DNA of 64,000 nucleotides from Ranitomeya imitator (lineage: Eukaryota): the NCBI RefSeq assembly GCF_032444005.1, contig NC_091282.1, forward strand, positions 796,390,001 to 796,454,000, in the 5' to 3' direction. Below, one piece after another: positions 12,499 through 24,458 of the stretch (within the stretch, counting starts at the first letter, position 1; each line of letters opens with the position of its first letter). Both the position numbers and the translations under genes were made by a program. The notes beneath the pieces are model-generated. The model saw nothing but the letters and a program-made list of their open reading frames with translations, was not told the DNA's origin and did not search any database.

Positions 12499-12865
12499 GG
12501 GTATGTGCACACGTTGCAGATTTTGCTGCGGATTTTTCCGCAGCGGATTTGGAAAATCCGCAGTGCATAACCACTGCGGTTTTCACTGCGGATTTTCACG
12601 CGGTTTCTTCTGCGGATTCCTCTGCGGGTTTTCAACTGCACTTTCCTATTGGTGCAGGTTGAAAACCGCTGCGGAATCCGCAGAAAGAAGTGACATGCTA
12701 CTTCTTTTTTTCCGCAGCGTTTCCGCGCGGAATTTTCCGCAGCATGTGCACTGCGGTTTTTGTTTTCCATAGGTTAACATTGTACTGTACACCGCATGGA
12801 AAACTGCTGCGGATCCGCAGCGTCAAATCCGCTGCGGATCCGCAGCAAAAAGTGTGCACATACCC
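12499..12865. mobile_element. PIF/Harbinger-type MITE
   Basis: TIR GGGTATGTGCACAC, TAA duplication; related copy at 56773-57154. Confidence 0.85.
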
Positions 12866-13614
12866 TAAGTCTGCCAGTATACAGTGGTACCGAAGCACAG
12901 AAGTATGCACATGCAGCCGCCAAGGAATGCCATGGCTCTGACCCTAACAGTCTATTAAAAAAAGACAGCCCCGGGTCCTTTTTTAACCCTATAGAGATGC
13001 CAGTACTGACAATTCCTCCCCACTGCACCTATTCGATCATTTCAGGCAGGGTACCTGTAATACACAGCAACAACTGCAGGGACTGGCAAAAAACTTTTTT
13101 TTTTTTTTTTTTAGGAGTGTTGCAGTTCAGGAGTGCATCGCTCCACAGGTTACAGGTTCCCTGCTTGCCAATCGACGGTGTGCTCCTGCTTGATTGACAG
13201 TTTGGACCAGCATCGTCCCAACACTGTCCTGACTAGTGCTATACGAGGGAGCTTCACTTCTGCAGTATCAGAGGGGCGCATGGGGGTAGTGAAACTGTCC
13301 AGATCACCATAGTGCGCTGTTGGCTCCTGATCCCAGCAAGCTTCAGTGCCCCCCCGCACTCTTCCGCTGAGGAGTCATATAGTGCAGTGCTTACAAGCTC
13401 TATTAGAAGGAGCCTGTAAGCACTGCACATGCTCAGTGTCTTAACCACCCTTACAAGCATTGTCCAACAACTCTTTAACCCTCTTCATGAAGCAATGAAT
13501 CCATATTTCTGGTGATCACGTGGGCATAAGGACAGTGAGAATAAGAAGCCTCAAGTAGCTTTGACATATGTTTTCAACAGGCTGCAGGAACGGGTAAATG
13601 CAAAGAGGACTTAC

Positions 13615-13772
13615 GATTTTCTCGGCTGATTTCCAACTTGCTTGATGGATTTCTCTTCGGTGTAGAAGAGAAGACATCTCTGAGTGGTCGATATGAGCAG
13701 AACTTTGTGGCTGTAATCCAGCTGGACTATAGAGGACAACTCCTCCAGTATAAGGCAGGAGTCACATGTACC
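13615..13772 (-). CDS. TECPR2: TECPR2 coding exon 4 (158 nt)
   Basis: Manual translation GTCDSCLILEELSSIVQLDYSHKVLLISTTQRCLLFYTEEKSIKQVGNQPRK; AG/GT sites; not in ORF track. Confidence 0.96.
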
Positions 13773-13854
13773 CTAAACGAAGAGGAAGAGTCAGCGGCTG
13801 AAGCAACGACGCAAGGGCGAGAGTGGGCGATCCATCTCATGAGGTCGGAGTTAC

Positions 13855-13986
13855 CTTATCAAAATCCAAATTGGACTGGATAATTTTTCCTCTCTCGTCA
13901 CCAGAAAATAATTTCATCCCATTGGGGCTCCAGGCCAGGGCCGTGATACTACTCTTGTGACTGCCGAGGACATCAAACCTCCGCAA
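13855..13986 (-). CDS. TECPR2: TECPR2 coding exon 3 (132 nt)
   Basis: LRRFDVLGSHKSSITALAWSPNGMKLFSGDERGKIIQSNLDFDK (WD40 region). Confidence 0.97.
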
Positions 13987-14172
13987 CTGCAAGAACAGGG
14001 ATATTAAAAGACTCTGAGTAATGTTTTGCATTGTTTTAGGTTCCCTTCCTTTACAAGCTACAGTTGTATTCATCATGGTGATCTGATAGGGGAGGCTGTT
14101 ATGTAAGTCAGACAACAGACCTGATGCATCTAATCATTATAACCTGCACTGCTTATGGCTGCAAATACAGAC

Positions 14173-14301
14173 CTGTTTGTTTCGTCCAGGTAGAGGAGAC
14201 ACGAGTTGGAAAATGGCCACCCTACCGGAAACGGTGCCCACTGCAACCAGGTCATCAAAGCAGCTCAGAAGCTTTGTCACAGATACAGATTCGGTCTTCC
14301 C
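14173..14301 (-). CDS. TECPR2: TECPR2 coding exon 2 (129 nt)
   Basis: GKTESVSVTKLLSCFDDLVAVGTVSGRVAIFQLVSPLPGRNKQ. Confidence 0.97.
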
Positions 14302-15112
14302 CTGGAATGGAAAAAGAAAAACCCTGGAGAAGGAGCCATATTCTGAAGATATTCTGAAACCTGGACACAAAATTAAAGTGACACCCATGTATAACACAGT
14401 GATCAGATGTGCACGGAAACTGCCTGCTCAGCGACCAGGTGACCACTCGCTATCACCCCCAAAGTGACTGATGGTAGTTGCAGCTTCCTGTCACCATGTA
14501 CAGTATGAATGTCATCGCTGGAGGCCGCTGTGCAGACAAACAAAGCCAACATATTCGAGAAGATATGGACATTTTATTGGGTGGAAAAGGAATTTAGGCC
14601 TGACTATTGCAGGCTCTCTGGGATCAAGTCCAGTTTCTGGTGGTGAATACTAACTGGGTGTTCTACTCATAAGAGCTGTAATGATCACAGCTAATGCTGA
14701 GCTCTAAGTGCTTGGTTTTAATAATGCAGCACAACAACCGAGGATTTATCCCATTCAGGATGCAGCTAATTTTTGCTTTTATCTCCACTACTCCCAAGAG
14801 CCAGAGAACTTTATTTTCCCGCTGATGCTGCAGTTTGAGGGCTCGTTTTTTTGGCAGTACCATTTGTAGTTTTGAATGACACCATTCATTATAAAATATT
14901 ATACTGAACCTGGAAAAAACTAAACAAACAAAAGCAATTCCACCACTGTTTTATGGGCTTCATTTTCACAGAATTCACCGTGTGGTAAAAATGATCTTCC
15001 ATCACGATTGTCTCGGGCAATACGACTACTCGAAAGTTAATGTTTTGTTTTATCGTTATAATGGATTAAAAAATGTTGAGAAAGTTTTTGCAGGAAATTT
15101 CCTGATATCTAA

Positions 15113-15887
15113 GGCTATGTTCACACCTTGCGTCGGGTCCCTGCGGGTTCTCCCGCAGCGGATTTGATAAATCTGCAGGGCAAAACAACTGCGGTTCTCC
15201 CTGCAGATTTATCGCGGTTTGTTCCGCGGTTTCCGCTGCGGGTTTCCGCCTATACTATTGATGCTGCATATGCAGCAATATGCAGCATCAATAGTAATGT
15301 TAAAAATAATAAAAATTGGTTATACTCACCCTCTGACGTCCCGATCCCTCGGCGCTGCACCCGGCGGTCCGGTTCCAGAGATGATGTGCGAGAAGGACCC
15401 TTCATGACGTCACGGTCATGTGACCGCGACGTCACCGCAGGTCCTGGGCGCACAGCAACTCTGACCGGACAGCCGCGTGCAGCGCCCAGGAGCTCCGGAC
15501 ATCAGAGGGTGAGTATAACCAGATTTTTTATTTTTTAACCCCAAATATGGTTCCCAGGGCCTGGAGGAGAGTCTCCTCTCCTCCACCCCGGGTACCACCC
15601 GCACATTATCCGCTTACTTCCCGCAACGTGGGCACAGCCCCATGCGGGAAGTAAGCGGTTCAATGTATTCCTATGGGTGCAGAATCGCAGCGATTCTGCA
15701 CAAAGAAGTGACATGCTGCGGGTTGTAAACCGCTGCGTTCCCGCGCGGTTTTTCCCGCAGCATGTGCACAGCGGTTTGCGGTTTCCATAGGGTTTACATG
15801 TTACTGTAAACGCTATGGAAACTGCTGCGGACCCGCAGCATCAAAATCGCGGCGGTTCCGCGGTAAAAACTAAGTGTGAATATAGCC
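15113..15887. mobile_element. PIF/Harbinger-type MITE
   Basis: TIR GGCTATGTTCACAC / GTGTGAATATAGCC, TAA on both sides. Confidence 0.85.
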
Positions 15888-15890
15888 TAA

Positions 15891-17340
15891 GGCTGGTTTC
15901 ACACTTGCGTTTCAAAACGCATGCGTTTTAAAAAAAAACGAATGGTGAAAAAACGTATGTAAACGCGTGCAAATGCTGCGTTATTTTGACGCATGCGTTT
16001 TTGCATGTGGTGAAAAAAACGCGGCGTTTTGACGCGTTTACATGCGTTTTTTCATGCGTTTGCGTTTTTTAAACGCATGCAGATAAATTTGTGACAGCTG
16101 CCAATCATCAAAATAAAGTAAAAGACCCACTATAAACAGAAAGAGCTAGGGTTAGGGATCCTAAAGGTACCGTCACACTAGACGATATCGCTAGCGATCT
16201 GTGACGTTGCAGCGTCCTCGCTAGCGATATCGTCCAGTGTGACAGGCAGCAGCGATCAGGCCCCTGCTGTGCTGTCGCTGGTCGGGGAAGAAAGTCCAGA
16301 ACTTTATTTCGTCGCTGGACTCCCCGCAGACATCGCTGAATCGGGGTGTGTGACACCGATTCAGCGATGTCTTCGCTGGTAACCAGGGTAAACATCGGGT
16401 TACTAAGCGCAGGGCTGCGCTTAGTAACCCGATGTTTACCCTGGTTACCATCCTAAAAGTAAAAAACAAACAAACACTAGATACTTACCTACCGCTGTCT
16501 GTCCCCGGCGCTGTGCTCTGCACTCCTCCTGTACTGGCTGTGAGCGTCGGTCAGCCGGAAAGCAGAGCGGTGACCGCTCTGCTTTCCGGCCGCTGTGCTC
16601 ACAGCCAGTACAGGAGGAGTGCAGAGCACAGCGCTGGAGGACAGACGGCTGTAGGTAAGTATGTAGTGTTTGTTTTTTTTTACTTTTAGGATGGTAACCA
16701 GGGTAAACATCGGGTTACTAAGCGCGGCCCTGCGCTTAGTTACCCGATGTTTACCCTGGTTACCGGCATCGTTGGTCGCTGGAGAGCTGTCTGTGTGACA
16801 GCTCTCCAGCGACCAAACAGCGACGCTGCAGCGATCCGGATCGTTGTCGGTATCGCTGCAGCGTCGCTAAGTGTGACGGTACCTTAACCCTAACGGGATC
16901 CTAACCCTAACCCTACCCTTAAAGGGATTAGGGTTAGGGGTAGGGTTAGGGGTAGGATCCCTTTATCAATTTTATGGTGTGGGGTGGTTTATCAGTGTGT
17001 TTTTATGTTTGTTTTTTTAAAAATGCATGCGTTTTTAACGCATGCAAATGTATGCACAAAAAAACGCATGCGTTCCCATTGACTCCAATGTGTTTTTTGA
17101 CCCAAAAAAATGCATGAAAACGCATGCGTTTTTTTGTGTCCAAAAAACACCTCTCAAAAATACTACAAGTTGCATTTTTGAAAATGAACGCATGCAGTAA
17201 AAAAACGCATGCGATTGAAAACGCGACCAAACGCGTACACAAAAAACGCATGCGTTTTCAATGTTAAATATAGGGAAAAAAACGCATGCTTTTTTTGTGC
17301 AAAAAACGCTGCAGACAAAAACGCAAGTGTGAAACCACCC
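15891..17340. mobile_element. PIF/Harbinger-type MITE hosting a nested MITE and telomere-like hexamers
   Basis: TIR GGCTGGTTTCACACTTGCGT / ACGCAAGTGTGAAACCACCC, TAA on both sides. Confidence 0.8.
16165..16884. mobile_element. Nested palindromic MITE (AGGTACCGTCACAC family)
   Basis: TIRs with TAA duplication; second copy in opposite orientation at 57158-57862. Confidence 0.88.
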
Positions 17341-17359
17341 TAACTTTTTTCTTTATCTA

Positions 17360-18131
17360 CTGTATATACTCATGTACAGGCCAAGTTTTGCTGAAAAAGA
17401 ACACCCCCCCCCCCCCCCCCCCCTCGGCTTATACACGAGTCACGGTTCCACTTAACTTGTTCGCCGCTGCAGTTCGGGTGTTCCACGGTCTCTCCCGCTC
17501 ATCTGCGTGCACTTGCAGCCTCTGTGAGTGTTCCGGTGACTGCTAATAGGGCCGACGTTGGCACCGGGGCCAGTGCCGGGGTCCCGAGCAGGCGAGGATA
17601 CCGGAGCGCAATGGGGGCCAGATGCATGTGCCGCCGCTTGCTCAGGCCCCCAGTACTTGCGATATTCACCTATCCCCGTTCCATCGCTGCAATGTCTTCC
17701 ACGTCCTCTGACTGTGACATTCAGGTCAGAGGGTGCGGTGATGTGATTAGTGTGCGAGCTCTGCCTGAGAGACGGCGACGCTGAGAAGCAGCTGTCAGTG
17801 ACGACAGGTATTTCATTTTTTTTTTTGCAGCAATATACGGTATATGGGGATCAGGATAAACTGTATTTAGCATTATATGGGCATCTTATGGGGCCCATCA
17901 TTAACTTTATGGAGCATTATATGGGGCATCTTATGGGGCCCATCATTAACTTTATGGAGCATTATATGGGGCGTATTTTGTATGGAGCATCTTATGGGGC
18001 CATCATGAACTTTATGAAGCATTTACCAGTAGCTGCTGCATTTCCCACCCAAGGCTTATACTCGAGTCAATAAATTTTCCCAGTTTTTTGTAGTAAAATT
18101 AGGTGCCTCGGCTTATACTCAAGTATATATG
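17360..18131. mobile_element. Tc1/mariner-superfamily MITE (C(C/T)GTATATACTC termini)
   Basis: Degenerate TIR ..GGCTTATACTCAAGTATATATG; same family as 43041-44094. Confidence 0.7.
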
Positions 18132-18722
18132 ATATCAATCGAGGCTTGGTTTTTGTGTCTGCCAATTTGTCATTATAATTAGTACTATTTTCGGGTACAA
18201 AGATGTTTTCATTTAAATTTTTTTTTTTTTGAGGGGTGGATAAGGGCAATTTTGATGCATGGTAATTTTTCGCTTTAATGTATGGTTTAAATAATTTTAT
18301 ATTTTCATAGATATGACTAATGGAAGCAACAATAAAAAATAAAAGTAAGCATATCTGTTGGCTTTTAAATAGGGATTACTCAACCTTTTATATCTTCTAA
18401 AGCCCCATTTTTACTTTAATATTTTGACCCAGTAATGTAGTATTTGGTAAAAATTGTTATCTAATATGGAGCCTAGCCTGTAGGTTGACTTCACAGGAGA
18501 AAAATAAAAGGATGGCAAAAAGGGACGAACTTTCATCAGAACCCCCAGATGCCGGGGAAACCCATTCAAGGTGCCTGGGGCCATGGGCGACTGACTCGAT
18601 GTCCAACTGGAATCGTGCCGCAAAAATGCCGCCGTCAGAAGCATTTCAGTAGTTACACAGCAGTAATCTGAGCTAATTCCGTTCGCTGTCATAGTTAGGT
18701 GGTTAAGCCACACACGACTTAC

Positions 18723-18941
18723 TTCTAAGTTATACTTCTTCATCTGATTGGTATGCCTGCAGTGCAGATATAACATCCCAATGCTACTGCCGATGGCAAT
18801 GTAGTCGCCGTTGACATCGATAGCCGTGAGATAGACGATGAGGGATCGAAAACCCTTCTGGATTTTAGTAGGGATGGCATTGAGAATTGAGTACAAGGGG
18901 CAGAACTCCTTAAACGTGACAGTTCCCGGAAGAGTGGCCAT
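18723..18941 (-). CDS. TECPR2: TECPR2 first coding exon (219 nt CDS)
   Basis: MATLPGTVTFKEFCPLYSILNAIPTKIQKGFRSLIVYLTAIDVNGDYIAIGSSIGMLYLHCR closely matches the recalled human TECPR2 N-terminus; GTAAGT donor. Confidence 0.98.
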
Positions 18942-19331
18942 GGTGTTCTGTCTCTGGAAAGGTGCAGGTGGCTCAATCCATCATCATCAGGAGGGACCTG
19001 GAAATAAGAAGAAAGATAAAAGTCAGAGCTGTTAATCGCAGCAGTAGGACGCATAGAGGTACGAGCGATGGGACAAGCCCTCACACACCACACCTCTGTT
19101 ACTTGTAGACAGGGGGAGGTGGGGTTATTTTGCGCTTTCATTTCCTTTTTTTAATTATATTTTCGTCCCTGCACATTTCCATTTGCTGGGTGTCAGGAGT
19201 ATCAGATTCTCGGTGTCATTTGATTTTCCGTACTGGGGATTTTTTTTGCTTTCATTCAAGCAGAACAAGAAAAATTCTGCTAAACTCAGATTGTATTTTC
19301 CTACAGACATAAGTGGGGTCTCCAGCTACCA

Positions 19332-20505
19332 CAAGACCTAAAACAATAAATTTTAATGTAATAATTAAAAAACCAAAAAGGAAAAATATCATAAAGACCA
19401 GTAGGAGGGATCCTACGGGAAAACAGGGTCTCTGGTATGCAGGAAAATGCCAGAAAAAATGTATAACAATACAAATATACAGGAAAGGGCTAGGGAAGAT
19501 AGACGTGCCTATCCCTACTGGATTCCCTTCCTGACAGCGGAGGTTGGCACCCTGGGATACGATATGGCGCCCCCGCTCAACGTGGACTGTCCCTAATGTC
19601 CCTAAAAAGGAGTCCCTCAAAAAAAGCCACCACCAACAATAACACCACAAAAAAAAGGAAAAAGAAAAAAACAAGTGAAAATAAAATATCAATGCTGCTA
19701 GATGCTGGCTTAAGATGCAATGATAACTAAATTCAGCTAATATTTATAAACTCTGGCATATAGTGTGAGCTATAGAGTGTACGAACAATACTATAGCAGG
19801 TATAATGATACGTAGTTAGAAATGTTGGACACCACTAAACCTCTTATAGTCTGTGATAGTGGTGCTTTTTTCATTTTTCGTTTTTTTTACCGTTTTTTTC
19901 ATTTTTGCAGCACCACTATCACAGACTATAAGAGGTTTAGTGGTGTCCAACATTTCTAACTACGTATCATTATACCTGCTATAGTATTGTTCGTACACTC
20001 TATAGCTCACACTATATGCCAGAGTTTATAAATATTAGCTGAATTTAGTTATCATTGCATCTTAAGCCAGCATCGAGCAGCATTGATATTTTATTTTCAC
20101 TTGTTTTTTTCTTTTTCCTTTTTTTTTGATGTTATTGTTGGTGGTGGCTTTTTTTGAGGGACTCCTTTTTAGGGACTTTAGGGACAGTCCACGTTGAGCA
20201 GGGGCGCCATATCGTATCCCAGGGTGCCAACCTCCGCTGTCAGGAAAGGAATCCAGTAGGGATAGGCACGTCTATCTTCCCTAGCCCTTTCCTGTATATT
20301 TGTATTGCTATACATTTTTTCTGGCATTTTCCTGCATACCAGAGACCCTGTTTTCCTGTAGGATCCCTCCTACTGGTCTTTATGATATTTTGCTTTTTGG
20401 TTTTTTAATTATTACATTAAAATGTATTGTTTTAGGTCTTGCGTTAGTTTTTTGTTTTTTTCCTTTGATTATTAGACCTCGGCTATTGTGAATTTGGTTT
20501 CTTTT
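19332..20505. mobile_element. Non-coding fold-back insertion (about 535-bp inverted arms) with 14-bp TSD; probably Penelope-like 3' end
   Basis: Arms 19332-19866 / 19908-20441; direct repeat GTCTCCAGCTACCA at 19318-19331 and 20506-20519; family assigned by architecture only. Confidence 0.65.
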
Positions 20506-21264
20506 GTCTCCAGCTACCAACATACAAGGTCCGTGGATGTAGCACTGTGCTCAGGTTTCTCTGCCGGTCCCACAGACAATGAGAGAAGCATCGCCACTTC
20601 ATTCCATGCTACAGAGCCACAATCTCAGGATTATTGGGGGTCCTGTTGGTCGGGAAATATATTAATGGGAAATATCCCATTAATAGGCATTTGACTGCTG
20701 TACTCAAGAAGTCACTGTTGATTGGCTGCAGCGGTCATCTAACACCTCCTTCGCTAGGAGAGGAAGACAGGGAACCAGAGGTGGGGTCTGGTAGGCGGGT
20801 ATGTGCATATGCATACATATTAATGCAATTGACCTATAGTGAATATAAGCTTGGTCTCATTCCATGGAACTATATAAAACACAAAAGCCACACGAAAAAA
20901 TGACTATGGCTCAAGGAATGCAAAAGTATACCAATTTTATTCACAAAAATAAACATTAAAATGATGACACCTGAATACCTCACAACACAACTAAGAATCA
21001 CCAAGGCTGGGGCATCATAAATGATCAATGTTGCACCGCACTCATATTGACCCAAATATTAGACATTAATGATACACAATCACAGTGAACCTTAAATGCA
21101 GTATCACATGCAACCACTGGTATTGAGAAACCTAAGTGGGAAGCAAGCTGAAGGGACACTCTTGTAAACTGTGGATATAACCAGAGCCATATAGGAGCGG
21201 AGATCAAAGTGCATAAACAAGTATAAATATATTACCAGTGGCGTGCCCAGCCTGGATGAACATC

Positions 21265-21307
21265 CCACCCCGACACGCGTTTCGCCTGTTCTTCTTCCAG
21301 GGGCGTG
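21265..21307 (-). ncRNA. Candidate minimal type I hammerhead ribozyme (variant core) in PLE 3' region
   Basis: CACGCCC-CTGGAAGA-AGAACAGGC-GAAACGCGTGTC-GGGGTG; core has one extra nt versus CUGANGA. Confidence 0.45.
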
Positions 21308-22297
21308 TTTAGCTAGGGAGGTAGGCGGTCTATTTAAATGCCCGAGAGCCAATCAATGATCAGCGTGGTTGACGACGGTAACTAAGCACCCATAGCGTAG
21401 AGCATGTAACCAGGGTATGACGGCGCATCCGGTGCTTGGTCTGTCTCCAATCAGGACCACCCAAACTCCGGTCAATGAGACGTCAGCGTTCCGCCCAGCC
21501 GCGCGCTGGGCGGAAGTCAGACATCATCATGAAAGACCAGAGCAGGGAGCTCTGGAGCGATCCGAGCAGCACATGCGCACCACCCTGTTGTGGTATAATA
21601 CCACCAAGTGAACCATGTGCGTAAGGTAGACAAAGTTAAAGTGCGAATGTGCTGGACATGATTTACAATGGAGTAAGGTGCGAACGTGCATATAAATGTA
21701 GCGGTTAACAAAACTGCAATATCCGGCCACATGGAACCTAAGGTAACAAGACCGTAAACATTAACCCCCGAATATCGGGACAGTGATCAACCCCATATTA
21801 CATTATTTCTACTAGGGGTACACAGAAAAATGAGAAAGGTATAAACCTAAGTGCAACAATGATGACAAACAAAATATACAAGACAATGTACACATACACA
21901 AATCCAACAATTTGGTCTAAAAACATACATACACATTAATACATATTAAATGTGTAACACCATACAAGTGCACGCAAGGGCACATATATACAACATCCCC
22001 GACACACAGTTCACATGGAATACATATGCCACCCAATAACAGTATATATACAATATTCAGTGAGTCCTTATATATCATGTAGAATCACTGTTATAATTGA
22101 GAATTTTTCTTCTTCAGGAAATATTCTTCCATGGCACTGTCAGGGGTGTAATTGAGTCAACATGAGGACAAACCGGGCAACCGAGACCGCAATAGATTGT
22201 AATTCTAAAAGATGAAAAATACTGTCAGTACACAAACAAAATAAAGGAACCCCCCATAAAAAACTTCATATATACAAAGGAGACAAATGTCAGTTTT

Positions 22298-23041
22298 TTA
22301 TAAGAATGCCCCAAATCCAAAGCTTTCGTTAAGATCCTGCGGCGCAATCATGCCCAACCGGTAAATCCACCGACTCTCTATTTGTGCAAGCAGTTTACCC
22401 ATATTGCCCCCTCTAATTCCCAATGATACCAAATCTATACCCTTCACCCTCAGGCCATGCGGATTGCACTGATGGTATTGTCTAAAGTGCCTCGGTATAG
22501 TTTTTAGTGTTGATAAATCCTGACCTGTTTTTGGACTCATTATATCCCTACAATGTTCACGCGTCCGAATTTTCAATTCGCGTGTGGTCAACCCTATGTA
22601 CACCTTATTACAAGGGCAAGTGGCGTGGTAAACCACGCCACGAGAGGCGGACGTAATTCGTTTCCCGATGGTGAATGTTCTGGTACCATTAAAATTAGAG
22701 AAGGTCTTGGCTTTAGTGTGATTACCACAAGCCTTGCACAAACCACAAGGATAGAAACCTGGGTCAGTGGAACTAGTAGGAATCACACCTCTCCCCGGAT
22801 TATATAGACTGTGCACCAAGATGTCACGTAGGTTTTTTGTTCTTTTAGCCACTACCATGGGTCTCTCAGGTAAAATTCTCTTCAATACAGGGTCTGTCTG
22901 CAATACTTTCCAATGTTTATAAAGGATTCCCTTAAATTGATGCCATTTGTTATGGTATGTGGTGACAAAATGTACCCCACTCGACTTTTCAGTCTGTTCG
23001 GGTTTACTTTGTTTATACAGAAGGTCATTCCTGTTGGTCAT
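22298..23041 (-). pseudogene. Penelope-like ORF C-terminus: Cys-rich linker plus GIY-YIG endonuclease (RT absent)
   Basis: GFYPCGLCKAC, VVYHATCPCNKVYIGLTTRELKIRTREH, WIYRLGMIAPQDLNE; Cys linker is typical of the Neptune group. Confidence 0.9.
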
Positions 23042-23054
23042 TAATGCTAAAGCA

Positions 23055-23631
23055 TTTACCTGAGAGACCCATGGTAGTGGCTAAAAGAACAAAAAACCTA
23101 CGTGACATCTTGGTGCACAGTCTATATAATCCGGGGAGAGGTGTGATTCCTACTAGTTCCACTGACCCGGGTTTCTATCCTTGTGGTTTGTGCAAGGCTT
23201 GTGGTAATCACACTAAAGCCAAGACCTTCTCTAATTTTAATGGTACCAGAACATTCACCATCGGGAAACGAATTACGTCCGCCTCTCGTGGCGTGGTTTA
23301 CCACGTCACTTGCCCTTGTAATAAGGTGTACATAGGGTTGACCACATGCGAATTGAAAATTCGGACGCGTGAACATTGTAGGGATATAATGAGTGCAAAA
23401 ACAGCTCAGGAAGAATCAACCCTAAAAACTATACCGAGGCACTTTAGACAATACCATCAGTGCAATCCGCATGGCCTGAGGGTGAAGGGTATAGATTTGG
23501 TATCATTGGGAATTAGAGGGGGCAATATGGGTAAACTGCTTGCACAAATAGAGAGTCGGTGGATTTACCGGTTGGGCATGATTGCGCCGCAGGATCTAAA
23601 CGAAAGCTTTGGATTTGGGGCATGCTTATAA
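23055..23631 (+). pseudogene. Inverted second copy of the GIY-YIG C-terminus
   Basis: Near-identical translation to 22298-23041. Confidence 0.9.
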
Positions 23632-24419
23632 AAAAACTGACATTTGTCTCCTTTGTATATATGAAGTTTTTTATGGGGGGTTCCTTTATTTTGTTTGTGT
23701 ACTGACAGTATTTTTCATCTTTTAGAATTACAATCTATTGCGGTCTCGGTTGCCCGGTTTGTCATCATGTTGACTCAATTACACCCCTGACAGTGCCATG
23801 GAAGAATATTTACTGAAGAAGAAAAATTCTCAATTGTAACAGTGATTCTACATGATATATAAGGACTCACTGAATATTGTATATATACTGTTATTGGGTG
23901 GCATATGTATTCCATGTGAACTGTGTGTCGGGGATGTTGTATATATGTGCCCTTGCGTGCACTTGTATGGTGTTACACATTTAATATGTATTAATGTATA
24001 TGTATGTTTTTAGACCAAATTGTTGGCATTTGTGTATGTGTACATTGTCTTGTATATTTTGTCATCATTGTTGCACTTAGGTTTATACCTTTCTCATTTT
24101 TCTATGTACCCCTAGTAGAAATAATGTAATAAGGGGTTGATCACTGTCCCGATGGTTCATTTGGTGGTATTATACCACAACAGGGTGGTGCGCATGCAGT
24201 GCTCGGATCGCTCCGGAGCTCCCTGCTCTGGTCTTTCATGATGATGTCTAATTGACCGGAGTTTGGGTGGTCCTGATTGGAGACAGACCAAGCACCGGAT
24301 GCGCCGTCATACCCTGGTTACATGCTCTACGCTATGGGTGCTTAGTTACCGTCGTCAACCACGCTGATCATTGATTGGCTCTCGGGCATTTAAATAGACC
24401 GCCTACCTCCCTAGCTAAA

Positions 24420-24458
24420 CACGCCCCCGGAAGAACAGGCGAAACGCGCGTCGAGGTG
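24420..24458 (+). ncRNA. Candidate hammerhead, second-arm copy
   Basis: CACGCCC-CCGGAAGA-ACAGGC-GAAACGCGCGTC-GAGGTG; palindromic stem III ACGCGCGT but core degenerate. Confidence 0.35.

Noticed and set aside
16888-16956. Ancestral telomere-telomere fusion site
   Set aside because: Only a few degenerate units, orientation is CCCTAA then TTAGGG, and they lie inside a TIR-bounded MITE
18723-18941. HPS5 as identity of the WD40 gene
   Set aside because: HPS5 is a paralogue, but the sequence matches TECPR2 (EFCPLY..NAIPTKIQKGFRS) and CINP/ZNF839 synteny agrees
20160-20200. Hammerhead in the 19.3-20.5 kb palindrome (CTCC...ACGTTGAG)
   Set aside because: No CUGANGA or GAAA core on either strand
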